Source: a virus (Duplodnaviria > Heunggongvirae > Uroviricota > Caudoviricetes). Taken from it: 38,474 nt of DNA. The DNA lies in the IMG/VR virus record IMGVR_UViG_2778261226_000006. One strand, 5' to 3'. The stretch's first letter is position 1. The number at the start of each line of letters is the position of its first letter. The translations under genes were made by a program, and so were the position numbers. Below the pieces are notes generated by a model. That model had not been told where the DNA came from. It did not search any database and was given only the letters and a program-made list of their open reading frames with translations. Positions 18,456 to 27,254 of the stretch are shown piece by piece.

Positions 18456-18550
18456 CAGAACGTGCCCCCGCGCACGGGCGGCACGGGGTGGCGAAAGGCA
18501 CTGCCACATCAAAACCCCGTCCACCGCCCTCTATTTCAGGAGAAAGCAGC

Positions 18551-19015
18551 ATGAAGTTTGTTGCGCCAGAACAGGCACCGGAACAGGCGGAAATCATCAG
18601 GAATACGCCGTTCTGGCCTGATGTGGACTTGTCGGAGTTTCGCAGTGTCATGCGCACTGACGGCACGGTGACGCAGCCGCGTTTAAAGCAGGTTGCGCTG
18701 TCGGCAATTTCGGAGGTTAACGCAGAGCTGTATGAGTTTCGCAGACGTCAGCAGATGCTGGGGTATGCGTCGCTGGCTGAGGTTCCGGCGGAACAGCTGG
18801 ACGGCAAAAGTGAGCGCATCCAGCACTATTTCAACGCGGTTTACTGCTGGGCATGCGCCATGCTCAACGAACGATACCAGGACTATGACGCCACGGCATC
18901 CGGTGTGAAGCGAGGCGAGGAACTGGCGGAATCCAGCGGTGATTTGTGGCGTGACGCCCGCTGGGCCATCAGCCGGGTGCAGGATGCGCCGCACTGCACA
19001 GTGGAGCTTATCTGA
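18551..19015 (+). CDS. L: Head completion/stabilisation protein (P2 gpL-like)
   Basis: ATG 18551 with SD CAGGAGAAAG; 154 aa; track ORF 18488 start is an extension; ATGA overlap with next gene. Confidence 0.75.
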   Translation: MKFVAPEQAPEQAEIIRNTPFWPDVDLSEFRSVMRTDGTVTQPRLKQVALSAISEVNAELYEFRRRQQMLGYASLAEVPAEQLDGKSERIQHYFNAVYCWACAMLNERYQDYDATASGVKRGEELAESSGDLWRDARWAISRVQDAPHCTVELI

Positions 19016-19218
19016 TGAAAGTGCGTGCGCATCAGTATGACACGGTGGACGCGCTTTGCTGGCGTCATTACGGGCGCACGCAGGGTGTCACGGAGCAGGT
19101 ACTGAAGGCAAATCCGGGGCTTGCCGAATATGGCCCCTTTTTACCTCACGGGCTGCAGGTGGAGCTGCCGGACATTCCGACCACCACCACCGTGCAGACC
19201 GTCCAGCTATGGGACTGA
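19015..19218 (+). CDS. X: Tail protein X (P2 gpX-like)
   Basis: 67 aa, the size of P2 X; position between L and lysis genes. Confidence 0.75.
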   Translation: MKVRAHQYDTVDALCWRHYGRTQGVTEQVLKANPGLAEYGPFLPHGLQVELPDIPTTTTVQTVQLWD

Positions 19219-19221
19219 ATT

Positions 19222-19437
19222 ATGACGCTTGAGCGAATCAGCGCCTTTATCACGTACTGCATCGCCGTTGTGCTGGCCTGGCTGGGTGATTTGTCCATCA
19301 AGGATGCCTCAACGCTGGGCGGCCTGATGATCGGTGTGCTGATGCTGGCTATCAACTGGTACTACAAACACAAAGCCTACCAGCTTCTGCGCGACGGGCA
19401 GATCTCGCGGGAGGACTATGAATCCATCAATCGTTAA
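19222..19437 (+). CDS. Holin, class II two-TM (pinholin-like)
   Basis: 71 aa with two hydrophobic segments (ISAFITYCIAVVLAWL, GGLMIGVLMLAINWYY) and charged C-terminus; immediately precedes the endolysin. Confidence 0.7.
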   Translation: MTLERISAFITYCIAVVLAWLGDLSIKDASTLGGLMIGVLMLAINWYYKHKAYQLLRDGQISREDYESINR

Positions 19438-19930
19438 ACGCTGCCTTGTCGGGGCCGTGCTGGCTATTGCTGCCACGCTGCCGGGTTTTCAGCAGCTTCA
19501 CACCTCCGTGGAAGGGCTGAAACTGATTGCCGATTACGAAGGTTGTCGTCTGCAGCCGTATCAGTGCAGCGCGGGTGTCTGGACCGACGGCATTGGTAAT
19601 ACGTCGGGCGTCATTCCCGGCAAAACCATTACGGAGCGACAGGCAGCAGAAGGGCTGATCTCCAACGTGCTGCGTGTGGAGCGGGCGCTGGAAAGGTGTG
19701 TGAAGCAACAGCCGCCGCAGAAGGTGTATGACGCTGCGGTGTCGTTTGCCTTCAACGTGGGTACGGGCAATGCCTGCAGTTCCACGCTGGTGAAATTGCT
19801 CAATCAGCGGCGCTGGGCGGATGCGTGCCGACAGTTGCCGCGCTGGGTGTATGTAAAAGGTGTGTTTAATCAGGGGCTGGATAACCGCCGTGCGCGGGAG
19901 ATGGCCTGGTGCTTACAGGGAGCAAACTGA
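19418..19930 (+). CDS. Endolysin, T4-lysozyme-like with N-terminal signal-anchor-release (SAR) domain
   Basis: 170 aa; N-terminal weakly hydrophobic Gly/Ala-rich segment KRCLVGAVLAIAATLPG followed by lysozyme-type catalytic region EG...D...T (ADYEGCRLQPYQCSAGVWTDGIGNT). Confidence 0.8.
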   Translation: MNPSIVKRCLVGAVLAIAATLPGFQQLHTSVEGLKLIADYEGCRLQPYQCSAGVWTDGIGNTSGVIPGKTITERQAAEGLISNVLRVERALERCVKQQPPQKVYDAAVSFAFNVGTGNACSSTLVKLLNQRRWADACRQLPRWVYVKGVFNQGLDNRRAREMAWCLQGAN

Positions 19931-19931
19931 A

Positions 19932-20309
19932 ATGAAAAAGAAAGTAATCAGCGGGCTGTTTCTGATGTTATGGATAGCGCTGTTAATCGCCGCAATGGTG
20001 TATCCGCAGGGGATTTTTCCGGTACTGGCAGCATCTGGTGTCTGGGTAGCCTGTGTGCTGACATGGGCAGTAATTCCGGTATCACTGGCTGCGTTAATTA
20101 AGAACGGCCCGCTCTGGCAGGAGTTGAGGGCATCTTTGCTGAAGACAATTACCCGAAAAGAAAACGTATTTATCAGCTGGATGATGCGATTGCTGATTGT
20201 CGTCAGTCTCGCCTGGACGGGGTGGGCTATTACCCTGGTCTTTTATCTACTGACCGTTATTGCCTTCTGGATCACCCGTAATCAGATGGCGCAACAGGTA
20301 GCAGCATGA
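19932..20309 (+). CDS. lysA: LysA-like multi-TM lysis regulator
   Basis: ATG 19932 (SD AGGGAG); about 125 aa with four hydrophobic segments; position after endolysin as P2 lysA. Confidence 0.6.
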   Translation: MKKKVISGLFLMLWIALLIAAMVYPQGIFPVLAASGVWVACVLTWAVIPVSLAALIKNGPLWQELRASLLKTITRKENVFISWMMRLLIVVSLAWTGWAITLVFYLLTVIAFWITRNQMAQQVAA

Positions 20310-20734
20310 ACCGGTTGCTGCTGGTTGTGCTGGCGTTATTACTGGCGGCGCTGGGCTGGCAGACGTGGCGGCTGGCTGATGCCAGCCAGACCATCAGCAC
20401 GCAGGCAGATGAGCTTCGGAGCAAAAGCCAGGCACTGGCAAAGAGCAACAGCCAGCTTATCAGCCTGTCCATTCTGACAGAAACCAACAACCGGGAGCAG
20501 GCGCGACTCTATGCCGACGCAGAACAGACCAGCGCACTACTGAGACAACGACAACACCGGATTGAGGAACTGAAACGTGAGAACGAGAATTTACGCCGCT
20601 GGGCTGATACTCCTTTGCCTGCTGACATTATCCGGCTGCGGGAACGCCCCACACTCACCGGAGGTGCAGCTTACCGTCAGTGGTTGTCCGCGAGTGACGC
20701 AGTGTCGGCTGGGGCAGGCAGCGCCTCGCACTAA
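20306..20734 (+). CDS. lysB: i-spanin (Rz / LysB-like)
   Basis: 142 aa; N-terminal TM (LLLVVLALLLAALGW) then coiled-coil-like periplasmic region; ATGA overlap with lysA. Confidence 0.75.
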   Translation: MNRLLLVVLALLLAALGWQTWRLADASQTISTQADELRSKSQALAKSNSQLISLSILTETNNREQARLYADAEQTSALLRQRQHRIEELKRENENLRRWADTPLPADIIRLRERPTLTGGAAYRQWLSASDAVSAGAGSASH

Positions 20735-20867
20735 CGGTGACCTGAACGCGTTGCTGGATGAAACGGAGGCCGCCTGGGCGGTCTGTGCAGACAAAGTGGA
20801 CATGATTATTGCGTGTCAGGAGCGAAACAGTGAACAAACCACAATCCCTGCGCCACGCCCTCAATAA
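20577..20867 (+). CDS. lysC: o-spanin lipoprotein (Rz1 / LysC-like), embedded out of frame in lysB
   Basis: GTG start inside lysB; signal peptide with lipobox LSGC (MRTRIYAAGLILLCLLTLSGC); Pro-rich C-terminus; extends past the lysB stop. Confidence 0.7.
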   Translation: MRTRIYAAGLILLCLLTLSGCGNAPHSPEVQLTVSGCPRVTQCRLGQAAPRTNGDLNALLDETEAAWAVCADKVDMIIACQERNSEQTTIPAPRPQ

Positions 20868-21261
20868 AGCGGTGCCTTATGTCCGCAATAACCCGGACAA
20901 ACTGCATCTGTTTGTGGATAACGGTTCGCTGGTTGCCACGGGGGCCAGCTCCATGTCGTGGGAGTACCGTTACACACTGAACGCGGTGATTGAGGATTTC
21001 AGCGGCGACCAGAATCTGCTGATGGCCCCGGTTTTGCTGTGGCTGAGGGATAACCAGCCCGATGCCATCAATAACCCGGCGTTACGGGAAAAGCTATTCA
21101 CCTTTGAGGTGGATATTCTGCGCAACGATGTCTGTGATATCAGCCTGAACCTGCAACTGACGGAACGTGTGCTGGTCAGCACTGACGGCAGTGTGTCGAG
21201 CGTTGAAGCTATAGCGGAACCTGATGCACCTGAAGAAATGTGGACGGTGAAACGTGGCTGA
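20830..21261 (+). CDS. R: Tail completion protein (P2 gpR-like)
   Basis: Track ORF 20809 (TTG); GTG 20830 with AGGAG SD gives 143 aa; position and size match P2 R. Confidence 0.65.
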   Translation: MNKPQSLRHALNKAVPYVRNNPDKLHLFVDNGSLVATGASSMSWEYRYTLNAVIEDFSGDQNLLMAPVLLWLRDNQPDAINNPALREKLFTFEVDILRNDVCDISLNLQLTERVLVSTDGSVSSVEAIAEPDAPEEMWTVKRG

Positions 21262-21700
21262 ACTGCAGAAGGTGGACGACTGGCTGAGTGCCTTGCTGGC
21301 GAATCTGGAACCAGCCTCGAGAAGCCGCATGATGCGCCAGCTGGCGCAGGAACTTCGCCGGACACAGCAGCAGAATATCAGGATGCAGCGCAACCCTGAC
21401 GGCAGCAGCTATGAACCGCGACGGGTAACAGCACGCAGTAAAAAAGGCCGTATCAAACGTCAGATGTTTGCAAAGCTGCGCACCACAAAATACCTGAAAA
21501 CTGCTGCCAGCACCGACTCTGCCAGCGTGCAGTTTGAAGGCAAGGTGCAGCGCATTGCCCGCGTTCACCATTACGGCCTGCGAGATCGCGTCAGTCGTAA
21601 GGGACCGGAGGTGCGTTACGCAGAGCGTCGCCTTCTGGGTGTAAATGATGATGTTGAGGCAATGACCCGCGACATGATTCTGCAATGGCTGGCGGGGTGA
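21254..21700 (+). CDS. S: Tail completion / virion morphogenesis protein (P2 gpS-like)
   Basis: 148 aa; GTG start overlapping the R stop; position matches P2 S. Confidence 0.7.
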   Translation: MAELQKVDDWLSALLANLEPASRSRMMRQLAQELRRTQQQNIRMQRNPDGSSYEPRRVTARSKKGRIKRQMFAKLRTTKYLKTAASTDSASVQFEGKVQRIARVHHYGLRDRVSRKGPEVRYAERRLLGVNDDVEAMTRDMILQWLAG

Positions 21701-21704
21701 TCTT

Positions 21705-21722
21705 TGTATCAGCACTGATACA
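21705..21722. promoter_or_regulatory. Ogr-type late-activator box (TGT-N12-ACA) upstream of V
   Basis: TGTatcagcactgatACA, spacer itself partly palindromic; about 50 bp upstream of V start, the expected place for the P2 PV late promoter. Confidence 0.5.
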
Positions 21723-21768
21723 AGTTGCAGCACTGCCGCCTTTCTTCCCCTGATGGCAACCTTTCCCT

Positions 21769-22347
21769 ATGAACGCACAATTAACCGAAATCATGCGCCT
21801 TATCACCAACCTGATCCGCACAGGGGTAGTCACCGAAGTGGACAGGGAAAACTGGCTTTGCCGGGTGAAAACGGGCGAGCTTGAAACCAACTGGATCAGC
21901 TGGCTGACGCTGCGTGCCGGGAATGCCCGTACATGGTGGCGACCATCGGAAGGTGAGCAGGTGGTGCTGCTGAGTCTGGGCGGCAATCTGGAAACCGCCT
22001 TTGCGCTGCCCGCTGTCTATTCGAATCAGTTCGCACCACCGTCGACGTCGGCGGACGCCTGCGTGACAGAACATCCTGACGGTGGCTGGTTTGAATACGA
22101 ACCCGCCACCGGGCGCTGGTATGTCAGGGGCATCAAATCAATGGTCATTGAGGCTGCTGACAACATCACCATGAAAACCAGTGAGTTTGTACTGGAGGCT
22201 GACCGCACGCGCATTAACAGCGAAGTGGTGATCAATGGTGGCGTTACCCAGGGCGGCGGAGCGATGAGTTCTAACGGGATCGTGGTTGATGCGCATCAGC
22301 ATACTGGCGTCCTGAAAGGCGGCGATACAACCGGAGGCCCGGTATGA
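21769..22347 (+). CDS. V: Baseplate spike/assembly protein (P2 gpV-like)
   Basis: 192 aa; first gene after the late promoter box; order V-W-J-I-H-G as in P2. Confidence 0.8.
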   Translation: MNAQLTEIMRLITNLIRTGVVTEVDRENWLCRVKTGELETNWISWLTLRAGNARTWWRPSEGEQVVLLSLGGNLETAFALPAVYSNQFAPPSTSADACVTEHPDGGWFEYEPATGRWYVRGIKSMVIEAADNITMKTSEFVLEADRTRINSEVVINGGVTQGGGAMSSNGIVVDAHQHTGVLKGGDTTGGPV

Positions 22348-22703
22348 CGCTTTATAGCGGGATGAACAATACCAGCGGCAAAGTCATTACTGATATTGAT
22401 CATCTGCGCCAGTCGGTGCGGGACATTCTGCTGACACCGCAGGGTAGCCGTATTGCCCGCCGGGAATATGGTTCCCTGCTGTCGGCACTGATAGATCAGC
22501 CACAAAATCCGGCATTACGCCTGCAGGTCATGTCGGCAGTGTATGTGGCGCTGAGTCGCTGGGAGCCACGGTTGACGCTGGATTCCATCACCATCAACAG
22601 CAATTTTGACGGTTCAATGGTGGTGGAGCTGACCGGGCGGCGGAATAACGGTGTGCCTGTGTCCCTTTCCGTATCAACAGGAGCAGAGAATGGCAGTGAT
22701 TGA
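22344..22703 (+). CDS. W: Baseplate wedge protein (P2 gpW-like)
   Basis: 119 aa; ATGA overlap with V; position and size match P2 W. Confidence 0.8.
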   Translation: MTLYSGMNNTSGKVITDIDHLRQSVRDILLTPQGSRIARREYGSLLSALIDQPQNPALRLQVMSAVYVALSRWEPRLTLDSITINSNFDGSMVVELTGRRNNGVPVSLSVSTGAENGSD

Positions 22704-23598
22704 CCTTTCGCAGTTGCCTGCACCGCAGATTGTGGATGTGCCGGACTTTGAGACGCTGCTTGCCGAACGCAAGGCAGAATTTGTGGCGCTTCATCCGAAA
22801 GATGAGCAGGAAGCAGTGATCCGCACGCTGGAACTGGAATCTGAACCCGCCACTAAATTGTTGCAGGAGAACGCTTACCGTGAGTTGCTTCTGCGCCAGC
22901 GCATTAACGAAGCCGCGCAGGCGGTGATGGTGGCTTACGCGATGGGCGGCGATCTTGACCAGCTCGCTGCCAACTACAACGTGACACGCCTGACGGTGAC
23001 GCCTGCTGATAATGATGCTGTGCCGCCCGTTGCAGCTGTGATGGAAAGCGATGAAGCGTTGCGCCTGCGTGTGCCTGCAGCCTTTGAAGGGCTTTCTGTT
23101 GCGGGGCCAACTGCAGCTTATGAATTTCATGCCCGAAGCGCCGACGGTCGGGTGGCGGATGCCAGTGCAACCAGCCCGGCACCTGCAGAGGTGGTGCTGA
23201 CTGTCCTTAGCCGCGAAGGCGATGGAACTGCAGAAAAAGACCTGCTGGACGTGGTGGAAAAAGCTCTGAACAGTGAGAACGTCCGCCCGGTGGCTGACCG
23301 TCTTACGGTTCGCAGCGCAGAAATCATCCCGTATCGCGTGGAAGCCACCATTTTTCTCTATCCGGGACCGGAAGTAGAGCCGGTAATGGCAGCGGCAAAA
23401 GCCAGTCTGCAGAAGTACATTGCCAGCCAGACGAGGCTTGGTCGGGATATTCGCCGTAGCGCCATCTTTGCTGCTCTGCATGTTGAGGGTGTTCAACGTG
23501 TGGAACTGGCTTCTCCGCTGGCGGATGTGGTCCTGAACAAAACACAGGCGGCATCATGTACGCAGTGGAGCGTAACCAACGGAGGAACGGATGAATAG
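22690..23598 (+). CDS. J: Baseplate protein J (P2 gpJ-like)
   Basis: ATG 22690 (SD AGGAGCAGAGA) gives 302 aa, the size I recall for P2 J; track ORF 22651 is a 5' extension. Confidence 0.8.
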   Translation: MAVIDLSQLPAPQIVDVPDFETLLAERKAEFVALHPKDEQEAVIRTLELESEPATKLLQENAYRELLLRQRINEAAQAVMVAYAMGGDLDQLAANYNVTRLTVTPADNDAVPPVAAVMESDEALRLRVPAAFEGLSVAGPTAAYEFHARSADGRVADASATSPAPAEVVLTVLSREGDGTAEKDLLDVVEKALNSENVRPVADRLTVRSAEIIPYRVEATIFLYPGPEVEPVMAAAKASLQKYIASQTRLGRDIRRSAIFAALHVEGVQRVELASPLADVVLNKTQAASCTQWSVTNGGTDE

Positions 23599-24196
23599 TC
23601 TGCTGCCACCGGGTTCAACTTCACTGGAGCGCCGACTGGCGCAAACCTGTAGCGGGATTTCTGATTTGCAGGTGCCGCTGCGTGACTTGTGGAATCCGGC
23701 TACCTGTCCGGTCAGCTTCCTGCCTTATCTCGCCTGGGCGTTCTCTGTGGATCGCTGGGATGAGGGCTGGACAGAAAGCGTCAAACGCCAGGTAGTGAAG
23801 GATGCTTTTTATATTCATCAGCATAAAGGAACCACCAGTGCCGTGCGGCGGGTGGTGGAACCGTTCGGATTCCTGATCCGCATTATTGAGTGGTGGCAGA
23901 CCGGAGAAACACCGGGCACGTTTCGCCTGGATATCGGCGTGCAGGACCAGGGCATCACTGAAGATACCTATCTGGAACTTGAGCGACTGATAAGCGATGC
24001 CAAACCATGTAGCCGCCACATGATCGGCATGTCCATCAATCTGCAGACCAGCGGCCCGCATTGGGTGGGAGCCGCCAGCTATCTTGGCGAAGAAATCACG
24101 ATCTATCCGTATATCAACGAAACGATTATTTCCGGTGGCACCGCGCATGAAGGCGGGGCGGTCCATGTTATTGACACAATGAGAGTGAATCCATGA
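23591..24196 (+). CDS. I: Baseplate / tail-fibre attachment protein (P2 gpI-like)
   Basis: 201 aa; overlaps J stop and H start; position matches P2 I. Confidence 0.75.
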   Translation: MNSLLPPGSTSLERRLAQTCSGISDLQVPLRDLWNPATCPVSFLPYLAWAFSVDRWDEGWTESVKRQVVKDAFYIHQHKGTTSAVRRVVEPFGFLIRIIEWWQTGETPGTFRLDIGVQDQGITEDTYLELERLISDAKPCSRHMIGMSINLQTSGPHWVGAASYLGEEITIYPYINETIISGGTAHEGGAVHVIDTMRVNP

Positions 24197-25713
24197 GCAC
24201 AAAATTTTATACCCTGCTGACGGATATTGGCGCGGCGAAACTTGCCAGCGCCGCCGCGCTCGGTGTGCCGCTAAAAATTACCCATATGGCGGTGGGCGAT
24301 GGCGGTGGAGTATTGCCAACGCCGGACGCAAAGCAGACGGCACTGGTAAATGAGAAACGCCGGGCTGCGCTGAATATGCTTTATATCGACCCGCAGAACA
24401 GCAGCCAGATTATTGCCGAACAGGTGATCCCTGAAAACGAGGGCGGTTGGTGGATACGTGAAGTGGGCTTGTTTGATGAGTCCGGGGCATTGATTGCCGT
24501 GGGCAACTGCCCGGAAAGCTATAAGCCGCAACTGGCTGAAGGTAGCGGGCGCACTCAGACCGTGCGCATGGTGCTGATTACCAGCAGCACGGACAATATC
24601 ACCCTGAAAATCGACCCTGCTGTAGTGCTGGCAACCCGCAAGTATGTGGATGACAAGGCACTGGAGCTGAAGGTGTACGCGGATAATCAGATGGCAAAAC
24701 ATCTTGCCGCACCGGACCCGCATTCACAGTACGCGCCAAAAGCCAGCCCAACATTTACCGGAACCCCCAAAGCGCCGACGCCAGCGGCGGGGAATAATAC
24801 CACGCAACTTGCGACCACCGCGTTTGTTCAGGCGGCACTGACAGCCCTGATTAATGGTGCGCCAGCCACGCTGGACACGCTGAAAGAAATAGCCGCAGCC
24901 ATTAACAATGATCCGAATTTCAGTACCACCATTAACAATGCGCTGGCACTAAAAGCACCGTTGTCGAGTCCGGCACTCACCGGAACGCCAACAGCCCCCA
25001 CGGCGGCGCAGTCGGTCAACAATACACAGATTGCCACTACGGCTTTTGTGAAATCGGCGATTGCAGGAATGGTGGGTTCTGCACCTGCTGCACTGGATAC
25101 ACTGAACGAACTGGCGGCGGCACTGGGGAATGATCCGAACTTTGCCACGACAATGCTTAATGCGCTGGCAGGTAAACAACCGCTGGACAATACGCTTACC
25201 AATTTGAGTGGAAAGGATGTAGCTGGTCTTCTCGCATACCTTGGTTTGGGAGAAGGCTCTGCATTACCGGTTGGTGTGCCTATTCCGTGGCCTTCAGCCA
25301 CTCCGCCAATGGGGTGGCTAAAATGTAACGGAGCAGTATTTTCTTCTGAAAAGTACCCAAATCTGGCAAAGGCTTACCCAACATTAAAATTACCAGATTT
25401 ACGCGGTGAATTTATTCGTGGCTGGGATGATGGGCGCGGGATTGACTCTGGTCGTAACTTATTATCTGCACAGAATGATGCAATTCAGAATATTGTTGGT
25501 TCTTTTGGGCGTACCCAGCTTTTTAGAGACGTACTTAGTTCAGGGCCATTTAGTCAACATGGGCAAGTATTATCTACAGGTCTAAAGGAAGCCGAAATTA
25601 TTGAGGGTTATGGCGCTTATAACTGGACATTCGACGCATCTCGCTCAGTTCGCACAGCATCTGAAACCCGCTCCCGTAACATCGCCTTTAATTATATTGT
25701 GAGGGCTGCATGA
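24193..25713 (+). CDS. H: Tail fibre protein (P2 gpH-like) with invertible C-terminal segment
   Basis: 506 aa; internal tandem ~72-aa repeats; C-terminal ~153 aa lies beyond the crossover site at 25229-25254 (encoding LGLGE) and is exchangeable by inversion. Confidence 0.85.
   Translation: MSTKFYTLLTDIGAAKLASAAALGVPLKITHMAVGDGGGVLPTPDAKQTALVNEKRRAALNMLYIDPQNSSQIIAEQVIPENEGGWWIREVGLFDESGALIAVGNCPESYKPQLAEGSGRTQTVRMVLITSSTDNITLKIDPAVVLATRKYVDDKALELKVYADNQMAKHLAAPDPHSQYAPKASPTFTGTPKAPTPAAGNNTTQLATTAFVQAALTALINGAPATLDTLKEIAAAINNDPNFSTTINNALALKAPLSSPALTGTPTAPTAAQSVNNTQIATTAFVKSAIAGMVGSAPAALDTLNELAAALGNDPNFATTMLNALAGKQPLDNTLTNLSGKDVAGLLAYLGLGEGSALPVGVPIPWPSATPPMGWLKCNGAVFSSEKYPNLAKAYPTLKLPDLRGEFIRGWDDGRGIDSGRNLLSAQNDAIQNIVGSFGRTQLFRDVLSSGPFSQHGQVLSTGLKEAEIIEGYGAYNWTFDASRSVRTASETRSRNIAFNYIVRAA
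24730..25190 (+). repeat. Tandem in-frame repeat (2 copies, about 225 bp each) inside tail fibre gene H
   Basis: Protein-level repeats ...GTPKAPTPAAGNNTTQLATTAFV...DTLKEIAAAINNDPNFSTTINNALALKAPL and ...GTPTAPTAAQSVNNTQIATTAFV...DTLNELAAALGNDPNFATTMLNALAGKQPL. Confidence 0.6.
25229..25254. other. Invertase crossover site, left (hix/gix/cix-like 26-bp site)
   Basis: TTCTCGCATACCTTGGTTTGGGAGAA: imperfect palindrome; right half-site TTGGTTTGGGAGAA is repeated in inverted orientation at 27174-27199; located inside H at the constant/variable boundary. Confidence 0.7.
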
Positions 25714-26315
25714 TAAGTAAAGCTGTATTAAATAATGAACTCATCGCCACAAAGGCCGGAGACATTACCGTTTATAATTATGATGGTGAAACACGGGAAT
25801 ATATTTCCACATCAACTGAATATCTTGCTGTGGGTGTCGGTATCCCGGCATGTTCCTGTTTAGATGCTCCTGGCTCATATAAAGCTGGTTATGCAATTTG
25901 CCGTTCTGCAGATTTTAACTCATGGGAATATGTGCCAGACCATCGCGGTGAAATCGTCTATAGCACCGAAACAGGAGAATCAAAAGAAATCACAGTTCCG
26001 GGTGATTACCCTGAAAATACAACCACTATCGCCCCGTTAACGTCATACGATAAATGGGATGGTGAGAAATGGGTGACCGACACTGAGGCACAGCATAACG
26101 CCGCAGTAGACGCGGCAGAAGTACGGCGCCAGTCACTGATTGATGCGGCTATGGCTTCCATTAGTCTGATTCAGCTGAAATTGCAGGCCGGGCGGAAGCT
26201 GACGCAGGCAGAAACAACCCGGCTTAACGCTGTGCTGGATTACATTGACGCGGTGACTGCAACAGATATCAGCACCGCGCCGGATGTCATCTGGCCTGAA
26301 CTACCGGAGGCGTAG
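25710..26315 (+). CDS. G: Tail fibre assembly protein (P2 gpG-like), currently expressed orientation
   Basis: 201 aa; ATGA overlap with H stop; inside invertible segment. Confidence 0.75.
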   Translation: MISKAVLNNELIATKAGDITVYNYDGETREYISTSTEYLAVGVGIPACSCLDAPGSYKAGYAICRSADFNSWEYVPDHRGEIVYSTETGESKEITVPGDYPENTTTIAPLTSYDKWDGEKWVTDTEAQHNAAVDAAEVRRQSLIDAAMASISLIQLKLQAGRKLTQAETTRLNAVLDYIDAVTATDISTAPDVIWPELPEA

Positions 26316-26730
26316 GCCATTCAATATCTGGAGCACTGGAGGTATCAACCAGTTCCAGTGCGTCCAGATAATCCAGCCATAAATTATATTGTTCCAGCTC
26401 GTCACCTTTCAGACGACCAATAGCAGCTTTGCCAGGCCACTGATGGGTATTGATGTAGGTATTGACTTCTGAAACCAAAGATATTTTTTTCATTTCAGCC
26501 GCCAGCACCTCATCCTCTTTTGAAGGCGGCGGGGAATTAATCCATATTGGCCGTCCTGAACTGTCAGCGCCAATTTCTTTCCCTTCTGGATGCAGCCCAA
26601 GAAATTGCTCATATGTTTCTCTGGTAATTTCAATAACATCATCAGGAAGCGTTCCCGCATCCTCATATTCTGGAAACAATTCTTGCAGATAAAAACTTTT
26701 ACTTCCGGGTGAAAAGAATACTGAGTTCAT
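26287..26730 (-). CDS. Alternative tail fibre assembly protein (silent orientation)
   Basis: 147 aa on minus strand, convergent with G; C-terminal region (LWLDYLDALELVDTSSAPDIEWP) resembles G C-terminus (NAVLDYIDAVTATDISTAPDVIWP); follows alternative fibre exon. Confidence 0.7.
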   Translation of the reverse strand: MNSVFFSPGSKSFYLQELFPEYEDAGTLPDDVIEITRETYEQFLGLHPEGKEIGADSSGRPIWINSPPPSKEDEVLAAEMKKISLVSEVNTYINTHQWPGKAAIGRLKGDELEQYNLWLDYLDALELVDTSSAPDIEWPTPPVVQAR

Positions 26731-26732
26731 TC

Positions 26733-27199
26733 TTACCGTCCAATGATTAACGCTGAGACGCTGGTATCTGAAGGAAAGGCTGCATTCAGTGGTTTGTCGA
26801 CTTTGAACACAATCGTATTATTCCCCCTGACAGCGGCAAAAGAACAAACCGCCGTCGCGTATGAACCTGTAATATTACTGGATACACCACCATAGGCTGT
26901 TGTTGATACCAGAGGGATAACGCCCAGCACCTTATTAGGAAATACAAAGGGCAATGTGGCTGTGGCAATATAAGACTTATTAGAACCTGTGATGGCATAA
27001 GCATTATCAGTCATTCCATTCATCGCCACTGGGCCGCTTATACTTACAGTAACCATCTGAATGATTAGCCCGTCAGGTTGACGAATCACAAAATTTCCAT
27101 TGCCACCAGTAGCCGTCCAGAAAGACATATCAGGGATTTGGTTTTCCCCGTTGCCCACATTCCGTTTTGCCGCTTCTCCCAAACCAACGTTTAAGAAAA
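26733..27199 (-). CDS. Alternative tail fibre C-terminal exon (promoterless; fused to H N-terminus after inversion)
   Basis: Minus-strand ORF 26733..27227; the reading frame through the right crossover site encodes VGLGEA, matching LGLGEG at the left site in H, so inversion creates an in-frame fusion. Confidence 0.65.
27174..27199. other. Invertase crossover site, right (inverted copy)
   Basis: TTCTCCCAAACCAACGTTTAAGAAAA; left half TTCTCCCAAACCAA is the reverse complement of the TTGGTTTGGGAGAA half-site at 25241-25254. Confidence 0.7.
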
Positions 27200-27254
27200 T
27201 GCAGAGGTAACAGCTAACTGGCATCATCTCCGGTTTTTATTCAGGGGGATGATC

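Larger units (their letters stand above)
25229..27199. mobile_element. Invertible DNA segment (tail-fibre host-range switch), about 1.97 kb
   Basis: Bounded by inverted 26-bp crossover sites; contains H C-terminal exon + tail fibre assembly gene in (+) and an alternative C-terminal exon + alternative assembly gene in (-); serine invertase gene immediately adjacent. Confidence 0.75.
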
